DNA of 64,000 bases from Candidatus Latescibacterota bacterium (lineage in GTDB: Bacteria; Latescibacterota; UBA2968; GCA-2709665): assembly GCA_965222075.1 (NCBI GenBank), contig OZ244937.1, forward strand, positions 4,672,001 through 4,736,000. Reading direction: 5' to 3'. Below are positions 56,338-64,000 of the stretch, one piece after another. The position numbers and the translations under genes are program-made. Under the pieces are notes generated by a model. The model saw only the letters and a list, made by a program, of their open reading frames with translations. It was not told the origin of the DNA and made no database searches. Position 1 is the stretch's first letter. Each line of letters begins with the position of its first letter.

Positions 56338-58218
56338 ATGGCGCCTCGAACACCCCGTTCCCTGTCCACATTCTGCCGGAAGAAGCTGCCGTTGATACAG
56401 GATCGAACCGATGGCAAACGGCTTATCAACACGGTCGTCGCCATCGTGGAAACCGATCGGTGGAACTCCTTTGACAGATTCCACGAAACCACCCGGACGC
56501 TGGTGGACCGGTACAGTGCGGCGGGCGCAGCCGTGGAGGTCGCCTCCCTCCAGACGGGCGGCCGGATCGGTTCGGGCCGCTGGATTATCCATGAAGCCGC
56601 CGACGTGCGCAGCGCCACCGTAGACGTGATCCGTCCCGTGCGTCGGCGGGTGCTGGACTACAGCGAGAACCCCTGGCACGTGATCCAGTGGAGCGGGGCC
56701 ACGCCCCGCAACGGAATGGTGAACGAACTGGTTATCGTAGACGATTCGAAAAAACTCGAACGCATCCCCCCCGATGGACTTTCCGGAAAAATCGTACTGA
56801 CGCGCCTGAATCCGCGCAGTCGTCTGCGAGAGCTCGCTCAGACAGGGGCCGCAGGGGTCATCACCGATCAACCGGTTGAAAATCTGCCCAATGCAACTCC
56901 CTGGACCAAGTTCGGTTGGGGCGGCATCCCCATCGGAAACGCGGCCTTTCATCTGGTCGGCCTCGTCCTATCCGCGAATGAGGGAAATAGACTCCGCAGG
57001 CTGGTAAAAACACACGGTAGCCTGACCCTGCGTACGAAAGCCGACATTCGAAAATACGTTGGCACACACGACATCGTCAGCGGTCTCGTCCTCGGCGAAG
57101 ACAGACCGCAGGAAGAAATCTGGGTCCTGGCGCACAGCGGCGAACCGGGCGCCATTGACAACGCCTCGGGCGTTGCCCTCTGCGTTGAAATTGCAACGGT
57201 GCTTGAAAGCCTCATCGCCGAAGGGTCGCTCCCCCGGCCAAAGCGCACCATTCGGCTGCTGAACGCCTACGAATGTTACGGCTTCTTCAAATACCTGGAA
57301 GACATCGAGCGTCCCGTGCCCCCCCTGGGCGGCCTGAACATCGATTCCGTAGGCGCCAAGCCCAAAGTCTGCGACGCCCGGCTCGAATGGCACAACACCA
57401 TCCCCATGTCTGCCGGATTTGTGAACAAACTCGGTGAAACCATCGTCCGGTCCGCCCTCCAGCGCAGAAACCCCGGCTACAAACTCTGCGTCGAACCCTT
57501 CGTATCCACCTCGGACACCCTCATCGGCGACCCCAAATACGGCTTCCCCTGTCCCTGGATCACCACCCACCGCCAGGCCCGCAGCTTTGACGCCTACCAC
57601 ACCTCGGCCGATACCCCGAACCTTCTCAGCCGGGATGGCCTGGCCCTATGCGCGACCGCCGCAGCTGGCTACCTCTACTTCCTGGCAAATGCCGGCAGCC
57701 GGGAAGTCGTCGAACTGGCGAGGGTGGAAACGGAAAGAACACTGGAACAGCTCCGGCCTTCGCAAAAGCAGCTCTCACCGGTCCAGGTCAGCTACATTTG
57801 CGAAGCACACCGGGTAAACCTTGAAAAACTCCAGAACTGGATATCGGAAAAAGACCACGATCAAGTCCTGGCGCATCTGTCCACGTATGAACGCCAGGTA
57901 CGCGAGGCCGCCCGAAGCGCAGCCCCAAAAAAGACGCGGTCCGGGAGGCGCAGCATCCCCGGTTCCCGGCGGGTGCCCCATCGCACGGCCCTGCTCTCGC
58001 CCGATCTGAGCAACACGCCGCCTCCTCTCGCTGCGCGGATCGGCAAAGCCCGACTCTCCCCCTGGGCCCTGTTCTGGGCGGACGGCAGGAGAACCCTGGC
58101 GGAAATCGCCGAGGCTCTCACCTGTGAGTATCAGCGAGAGGTCACCCTCGAACAGGTAACCACCTTTTTTGAGGCACACGCCGACCTGGGATATGTAGAA
58201 TTGGCCGAACCGTCGTAG
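56338..58218 (+). CDS. DUF4910 / M28 peptidase-like protein with C-terminal wHTH
   Basis: LAHSGEPGAIDNASG, YHTSAD, WADGRRTLAEIA. Confidence 0.75.
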   Translation: MAPRTPRSLSTFCRKKLPLIQDRTDGKRLINTVVAIVETDRWNSFDRFHETTRTLVDRYSAAGAAVEVASLQTGGRIGSGRWIIHEAADVRSATVDVIRPVRRRVLDYSENPWHVIQWSGATPRNGMVNELVIVDDSKKLERIPPDGLSGKIVLTRLNPRSRLRELAQTGAAGVITDQPVENLPNATPWTKFGWGGIPIGNAAFHLVGLVLSANEGNRLRRLVKTHGSLTLRTKADIRKYVGTHDIVSGLVLGEDRPQEEIWVLAHSGEPGAIDNASGVALCVEIATVLESLIAEGSLPRPKRTIRLLNAYECYGFFKYLEDIERPVPPLGGLNIDSVGAKPKVCDARLEWHNTIPMSAGFVNKLGETIVRSALQRRNPGYKLCVEPFVSTSDTLIGDPKYGFPCPWITTHRQARSFDAYHTSADTPNLLSRDGLALCATAAAGYLYFLANAGSREVVELARVETERTLEQLRPSQKQLSPVQVSYICEAHRVNLEKLQNWISEKDHDQVLAHLSTYERQVREAARSAAPKKTRSGRRSIPGSRRVPHRTALLSPDLSNTPPPLAARIGKARLSPWALFWADGRRTLAEIAEALTCEYQREVTLEQVTTFFEAHADLGYVELAEPS

Positions 58219-58231
58219 GGGCGTAGCGTGC

Positions 58232-59830
58232 TTGAATTACGGAATGCGGATTGCGGATCTCTACCCAATGGACAAATTGACAAACGTCAACACCACCGAC
58301 ATCCGGGACGCCATTCGTCTGGGCTGCCAGACCATGTGCAGCGTTTTTGACGCCGATAACAACAACATCCCCTTTTTCGGCTCCCGCGTGCGTCCCAAAG
58401 CCAGATTGAGCTTCAGTTCGGTCCACTCGGAATCCCACGTCCCGGGCCGCCATCTGAACGCCCTGCTCAATGCGGAAGACGCCGCCGGGATCTCCATCGA
58501 CGAGGAATGCATCGACAAGCACGCCCGTGCCGCCTTCTTCTCCTACAGCGGCCCTGTGCCCCTGCCCTTCAACCGCGACAAAGTCGATGGTCCCCTGGCC
58601 AACTTTACCCCTCACAATGTCCGTGAGGGGTTCCACGCCCTCTATCCCCTGGCGCATTTTCGGCGATCTGCTCGGGCCCGTCAACTGGCTGAGGCGAGCA
58701 TCGACACCATTTTCAAACGCTGGAGCCCCGACCGGGGCTGGGACTACGCCTACCTGGAAGGTGAACTGGGCCTGAACGTTCGCAGATCTACCTTCATCGT
58801 CGGTCTGGCCCGTTCCATCGGCCCGCTGGTCAAACTCTACCGGACAACCGGCTGCGAACCGGCCCTGGAACTGGCGATCGTCCTGAAAGAAAAAGCCCTG
58901 GAATTCTTTAACGAGGACGGCAGCTACGACCGGGAGGGGTTCGGGTTCCACACCCACTCGACCACCTGTGTCATGTCCTCCCTCGCCCAACTCGCCGACC
59001 TGACCCTGGACGCCCCTCTGATGAACCGCGTGCGGACCTTTTACGACAACGGACTGTGGGAGATCCGGGATGAACTGGGCTGGGTCATCGAAAGCAGCAG
59101 TGACGAGGCGCCTCCGGACCGGGGTGAAATCAACAACACCGGAGATATTGTCGAAACCGCCCTCATCCTGGGGCGATGGGGCTATCCTGAATACTACGAA
59201 GACACAGAGCGCATCCTGAGGGGCCACATGCTCCCGGCGCAGTTGCGCGACATCTCCTTCATCAAGAACCCGCTCAATCCCGAAGGCGAAGACGGCAAGC
59301 GGGACGTGGCCGAACGGCACCTGGGCGCCTTCGGTTTTCCCGCCCCTTACGGGCACGAACCGATCGATGCTGAATCGGTAAGTTTCAACATGGACATCGT
59401 TGGCGGAGGCGTCGCATCCCTGTGCGAAGCCTACCGGGAAATCGCCCGTTCTGACCGGGCCGGCCACCGGGTCAACCTGTTCTTCGACCACGAAACCGAA
59501 GCCCTCAAAATCGAGTCTCCCTACACCCACCCGGCCTTGAGCGTCAGGACAAAACGTCCCGGGCCGCTCTTTGTCCGCCTCCCCTCCTGGGCAGATGCGC
59601 AACAGGTCAAACTACGGGGAACAGGCGAACCCCTGCACACAACCAGCGGTTATCTGTTCATCGCCCGCCCTCCGCTCAATCGCCCGCTCACCTTTGCGTT
59701 CCCTTTGCCCGACCGGGAAATCACCCTGACCCATCGCACGCGACAGATACGGGTGAGACTTCGCGGTGACCAGGTCATCGCAATGGAAAACTTCGGCGCC
59801 GATTTGACCTTCTTCGACCCGCTGGATTAG
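58232..59830 (+). CDS. Alpha/alpha-barrel protein, GH127-like (putative)
   Basis: HVPGRHLNALL, HTHS, GEINNTGD, and C-terminal VRLPSWA beta-sandwich. Start may be ATG 58268. Confidence 0.55.
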   Translation: MNYGMRIADLYPMDKLTNVNTTDIRDAIRLGCQTMCSVFDADNNNIPFFGSRVRPKARLSFSSVHSESHVPGRHLNALLNAEDAAGISIDEECIDKHARAAFFSYSGPVPLPFNRDKVDGPLANFTPHNVREGFHALYPLAHFRRSARARQLAEASIDTIFKRWSPDRGWDYAYLEGELGLNVRRSTFIVGLARSIGPLVKLYRTTGCEPALELAIVLKEKALEFFNEDGSYDREGFGFHTHSTTCVMSSLAQLADLTLDAPLMNRVRTFYDNGLWEIRDELGWVIESSSDEAPPDRGEINNTGDIVETALILGRWGYPEYYEDTERILRGHMLPAQLRDISFIKNPLNPEGEDGKRDVAERHLGAFGFPAPYGHEPIDAESVSFNMDIVGGGVASLCEAYREIARSDRAGHRVNLFFDHETEALKIESPYTHPALSVRTKRPGPLFVRLPSWADAQQVKLRGTGEPLHTTSGYLFIARPPLNRPLTFAFPLPDREITLTHRTRQIRVRLRGDQVIAMENFGADLTFFDPLD

Positions 59831-59850
59831 AGACAGGGAGACGATACCCG

Positions 59851-61557
59851 ATGGCAGACCAACCCGGCTGGCGTTTCAGGGCCGGCACCTTATTCGAGAC
59901 CGAAAAACAATCCGCTTCAGGCTCACGCGGCGTGGTGGCCGCGAACAACCCCATCGGCTCGGCTGCAGGCGCTGAAATCCTCGCAATCGGCGGCAACGCG
60001 ATAGACGCCGCAATCGCGGCCCTCTTCACCCTCAATGTGGTCGAACCCCAGATGGTCGGCCTCTTCGGCGCTGGATGGATAAATATCCGCCTTGCAGACG
60101 GCGCAACCGTCATCCTGGACAACTACGCCCATGCGCCCGCTGCTGCTACCCCCCACATATACAGGCCCGTCTCCGACACCTGGCCCGATTACATGCAAAC
60201 CGAGGGCAGGAAGAACAAAATCGGCTACCTTTCGGTCGGCGTCCCCGGCGCCCTGAAAGGCTGGGCCGAAGCCGTCGAAAACTGGGGCCGATTGGACCTG
60301 AAAACCGTCATGCAGCCCGCCATTCGGCATGCGGAACACGGCTTTCGGGTCAGTCAGTACTTGAAGGACTCGATCGTAGACCAGCAGCAGGACATGGCGC
60401 GGTTCCCTGCAACAGCGCGCACATTTTTCCCCAACGGACACCCCCCGGAAACCGGCGACCTCATCCTCCAGCCGGACCTCGCGGCCTCCCTCCGCACAAT
60501 CACAAAGGAAGGACCAAACGTCCTCTACGGCGGCGTCCTGGGACAAACGATTGCCGACGACGTCCAGAAGAACGGCGGCATCCTCACCCCTGAGGACCTG
60601 CGGGCGTATCGCACTGTTCGCCGCGAACCCATCGTCACCACCTACCGCGGATACGAACTGACCCTGCCCTCGCCCCCCTGTTCCAGCGGCGTACACATCC
60701 CCCAGATCCTCAACATCCTCGAGGGCTTCGACACCGCATCCCTCGGCTTCGGCACCGGCGATGCCATCCATCTCCTCGCCGAATGCTTCAAAATCGCCTT
60801 CGCCGACCGGGCCGCTCACGTAAGTGATCCCGCCGAAATTGACGTACCCGTCGAATGGCTGATCTCGAAAGATTATGCGGCAAAAAGACGCGCCGGCATA
60901 GACATGGAGCGGGCGGTCAGCCCCGATCCCGGCGTTGCCCCATCACCCGAATCGGCCTCCACCACACACGTCACGGCCGCAGACGCAGACGGCAACATCA
61001 TATCGATCACGCAGACGATCAACGAGGGATTCGGCTCCAAAGTCACCGTGCCGGGCACCGGCATCCTCCTCAACAACACCATGGCCCTCTTCGATCCGCA
61101 CCCGCGCCGTGCAAACTCCGTGGCATCGAACAAACGGATGGTCAGCAGCAATTCACCCGCCATCATTACAAAGAACGGCCACCCGTACATGGCGCTTGGC
61201 ACCCCGGGCGGCGTGCGCATCTTCCCCAGTGTCGTCCAGGCCATCGTCAACGTCATCGACCACGGCATGACCCTTCAGGAAGCCGTCGAAGCGCCTCGCG
61301 TATGGACGCAGGGCCAGCATCTCGAAGTCGAATCCGCCGTACCGGACCCGGTCCGCAGCGACCTCTCCGCCCGGGGCCACGACATCTTAGAGGTCAAAAC
61401 CGTCGCCGGTGGAATGAACGGCGTCATCTTCGACACAGGCACCATCACCGGCGCCGCCTGCTGGCGCGCCGACGGCGCCCCCATCGCCTTAAGCGGCGGC
61501 CCAGTGCGCCCCGGCGTACGGTTCGAACCGACCGCAGACCGGAATACCAAACCGTAA
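59851..61557 (+). CDS. ggt: Gamma-glutamyltransferase family protein
   Basis: GGNAIDAAIA, VGVPG, TTHVTAADADGN (catalytic Thr), LGTPGG. No signal peptide. Confidence 0.9.
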   Translation: MADQPGWRFRAGTLFETEKQSASGSRGVVAANNPIGSAAGAEILAIGGNAIDAAIAALFTLNVVEPQMVGLFGAGWINIRLADGATVILDNYAHAPAAATPHIYRPVSDTWPDYMQTEGRKNKIGYLSVGVPGALKGWAEAVENWGRLDLKTVMQPAIRHAEHGFRVSQYLKDSIVDQQQDMARFPATARTFFPNGHPPETGDLILQPDLAASLRTITKEGPNVLYGGVLGQTIADDVQKNGGILTPEDLRAYRTVRREPIVTTYRGYELTLPSPPCSSGVHIPQILNILEGFDTASLGFGTGDAIHLLAECFKIAFADRAAHVSDPAEIDVPVEWLISKDYAAKRRAGIDMERAVSPDPGVAPSPESASTTHVTAADADGNIISITQTINEGFGSKVTVPGTGILLNNTMALFDPHPRRANSVASNKRMVSSNSPAIITKNGHPYMALGTPGGVRIFPSVVQAIVNVIDHGMTLQEAVEAPRVWTQGQHLEVESAVPDPVRSDLSARGHDILEVKTVAGGMNGVIFDTGTITGAACWRADGAPIALSGGPVRPGVRFEPTADRNTKP

Positions 61558-61622
61558 CGAACCTATGCCCTGCATGGGCAACCGTAGGGGCGCCCTTTCA
61601 CCCTGATAGTAAGGAGTCCCCC

Positions 61623-62717
61623 ATGAAAATCACCGGCATCACCGCCACCCCCATCCGTGTCCCGCGTCCCGGGACCTTCACCAGCAGCCTGGGCCGCAGC
61701 GTCTACACCGAAAACGCCGTCGTGGAAATCGAAACCGACGGCGGCATCACCGGAATCGGCGAAATATGCAGCATCTGGGACCGAAAGGGCCGGGGCCAGG
61801 CTGAAGACATCAACGACTTGCTCGCCGAAGTCCTGGTCGGCCGCGACCCCTTCCGCATCGCCGAGATCCATGCGGTCATGGACGCTCTTCTACACCGCTC
61901 CTATCCGGCCAAGGCAGGCGTTGACATGGCCCTTTACGACATCGTCGGCAAGGCCCTGGACACCCCCGTCTACAACCTGCTCGGCGGAATGGTCCGCGAC
62001 CGTGTGCTGCTCAGCCACTCCCTCTCTATGGGCGAACCGGAGCAGGTGGCCCAGCAGGCCGCGGACCTGGTTAAAAAAGGCTACAAAACCGTCAAAGCCA
62101 AAATCGGCATGGACCAGCGGGCGGACCTGGCCACCGTCGAGGCGGTTCGCAAACGCATTGGCGATGACATCGTCCTGCGTGTGGACGCCAACATGGGCTG
62201 GCCCAACCCCAAAGAAGCCGTGCGAAACATCAAAGCCCTCGAACCGTTCCATCTGGAACTGGTGGAACAGCCTCTGCACTTCAGCGACCTGGAAGGCCTG
62301 CGCCATGTGCGTGAGCACGTGGACACCCCCATTATGGCCGACGAAAGCGTCTGGATCCCCGGCGACGCGATCACCTGCATCAGGGCCGGCGCCGTGGACA
62401 TATTCAACGTCTACCTGGCCGAAGCAGGCGGCATCTACCCCGCCGCCCAGATCTTCGCCATCGCCGAAGCCGCCCGCCTGCCCTGCATCATCGGCAGCAT
62501 GCCCGAACTCGGCATCGGCACCTCGGCGCAGGCCCACTTAGCCTTTGCCATGCGCAACCTGGGCTACGGCAGCGACGTAAACGGCATTGTCTACCACGCA
62601 GACGACATCATCAACGAAACCCTGCGCATCGAAGACGGCTACATCCTCCCGCCCCCGGGTCCCGGCCTGGGCGTGAGCCTCAACCCGGATAAAGTTGAAA
62701 AATACCGGATAAAGTGA
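61623..62717 (+). CDS. Mandelate racemase / muconate lactonizing enzyme family
   Basis: KAKIG, RVDAN, EQP, ADES, GPGLG. Start ATG 61623 with AGGAG RBS. Confidence 0.9.
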   Translation: MKITGITATPIRVPRPGTFTSSLGRSVYTENAVVEIETDGGITGIGEICSIWDRKGRGQAEDINDLLAEVLVGRDPFRIAEIHAVMDALLHRSYPAKAGVDMALYDIVGKALDTPVYNLLGGMVRDRVLLSHSLSMGEPEQVAQQAADLVKKGYKTVKAKIGMDQRADLATVEAVRKRIGDDIVLRVDANMGWPNPKEAVRNIKALEPFHLELVEQPLHFSDLEGLRHVREHVDTPIMADESVWIPGDAITCIRAGAVDIFNVYLAEAGGIYPAAQIFAIAEAARLPCIIGSMPELGIGTSAQAHLAFAMRNLGYGSDVNGIVYHADDIINETLRIEDGYILPPPGPGLGVSLNPDKVEKYRIK

Positions 62718-62760
62718 CATCTATCTGAAAAACCGAATATCATGATCGAAGAGGTACTGA

Positions 62761-64000
62761 ATGTCAGACAGACCTGTCCGCGTTTATCCCGAACACTACA
62801 CGCCTTCCGACCTCGATTTCGACCTGGACCTGAGCTTCGAAGAGCGTTCAGGGATCGTACACAATCCGCCCGACATGCAACTCATCTCCGGAGCATGCGG
62901 AACCTGGACGCTTCGCATTGAAAACCGGGCCTGCGACCTGAAACCGGGCGGGGTCATCGCCCTGGTGCGCTTCAACTACCAGATCGCCTTCAACCTGCAA
63001 ACGGACAATCCCCCAAGGCGCGACTACTGCACTCTGGAAACCAACAGCAGCGCGTCCCTGAAGCTGGTAACCTGGCGGGACTCGGTCAACCTCCTCAACA
63101 TCGTTGTAGCATCCGGCGTCTTCAAAAAGGGCGAAACCTGCACCATCCGGATCGGCGACCGCCGTCAGGGCAGCGTGGGCTCAGAAGTCTTCTGGTCCAC
63201 CACCGACGCCGAATTCCTCCTCGCCGCAGATGTCGACGGCACCGGTGAGTTCCACGGTGTCAGGAACAACCCCTACCGGTTCAGCGTTATCGCCCGCCCC
63301 GAACCTGACCTGCTGCGGCTCCTGGGCCCCACAGTCGCCAAAATCGGTGAACCCTTCGCCCTGCACTTAGGCGTCTTCGACCAGAACCGCAACCTCGTTG
63401 AAAGCTATCAAAGACGCATCCAATTCGAAATCCCCCAGGGCGTTGACGGCCTGCCCCCTTCGTATCGATTCTCCCCCGAAGACCGGGGCCTGAAGATCTT
63501 CGAAAATATCCGCATCCACCGCCCTGGCGTCTACCGCATCGGCCTGAGCGGAGGTGGCGTCGAAGGCCGCTTTCTCAGCAACCCCGCCGTGGTCAGCGAA
63601 CAGCCCGAATCCTGCGTCTACTGGGGCGATGTCCACGCCCACGGCTGGGGCGACTCCACCATGCACCTCATGTATCTGCGGACCAAAAAAATGGACCCCC
63701 TTTCCCGCCACCAACAGGGCCGCCGGATCGGCCGCTTCGACTTTGCCTGTCCGGCCTCCATGTCCATGGACCCCACCAAGCGGGAGGAGATCTTCGGTGC
63801 CTACCGGGAGGCCTGCGAGCAGATGGACGAGCCGGGCCGCTACGTCCCCTTCCTGGCCTACGAGGCCCACCCCAGGGCCGGTGACCGGCAGGTCATCTTC
63901 AAAAACTATAAAAACGAACCTATCCCACCGCCTTCCCGTGGTCCGATGGATGAACTGGTAGCAACCTACGGTGACCGGGACGACGTCTTCCTGCAGGTCC
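62761..64000 (+). CDS. DUF3604-like PHP-domain protein (partial, runs off the window)
   Basis: Manual translation from ATG 62761 (GAGG RBS): IRIGDRRQGS, SNP, VYWGDVHAH, YVPFLAYE. Confidence 0.7.
   Translation, partial: MSDRPVRVYPEHYTPSDLDFDLDLSFEERSGIVHNPPDMQLISGACGTWTLRIENRACDLKPGGVIALVRFNYQIAFNLQTDNPPRRDYCTLETNSSASLKLVTWRDSVNLLNIVVASGVFKKGETCTIRIGDRRQGSVGSEVFWSTTDAEFLLAADVDGTGEFHGVRNNPYRFSVIARPEPDLLRLLGPTVAKIGEPFALHLGVFDQNRNLVESYQRRIQFEIPQGVDGLPPSYRFSPEDRGLKIFENIRIHRPGVYRIGLSGGGVEGRFLSNPAVVSEQPESCVYWGDVHAHGWGDSTMHLMYLRTKKMDPLSRHQQGRRIGRFDFACPASMSMDPTKREEIFGAYREACEQMDEPGRYVPFLAYEAHPRAGDRQVIFKNYKNEPIPPPSRGPMDELVATYGDRDDVFLQV

Noticed and set aside
60855-61622. Long N-terminal extension on the enolase-family ORF (possible fusion or frameshift with ggt)
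   Set aside because: Low-complexity off-frame translation of ggt; there is a clear RBS and ATG at 61623.

Overview
GC-rich, gene-dense bacterial window from a diderm, probably FCB-group organism. The DFDGSGxVGFxDF EF-hand protein, GWxTD proteins and TonB-receptor/PorV cluster suggest Ca. Latescibacterota or a relative (inference). Main blocks, in order: (1) 1-5950, a mosaic of homocysteine S-methyltransferase pieces interleaved with a heparinase II/III-like gene, a FemAB-like GNAT and a hypothetical gene. (2) 5951-20462, a co-oriented envelope cluster: OM barrel, TonB-dependent receptor, CTD-bearing surface protein, PorV-like barrel, two GWxTD/TPR proteins and an LRR/EF-hand protein, next to a LacI gene. 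(3) ssb, cysK, DUF3800 with a convergent candidate ncRNA, NUDIX, lptE, DUF1844 and a DsbA-like gene. (4) A form II coxSLMG operon bracketed by a 220-bp direct repeat. (5) A transmembrane ECF sigma-TPR-thioredoxin fusion. (6) A Phe T-box controlling an archaeal-type pheST. (7) A lower-GC defence patch: vapBC, a deleted nucleotidyltransferase, an S66 peptidase, and an NgoMIV-like REase with an m4C MTase bounded by a duplicated phyH 3' end. (8) A long catabolic region. No tRNA, rRNA, CRISPR array, integrase or transposase was seen, yet many junctions carry short scars of other genes. Product calls come from motif recognition only; no searches were run.
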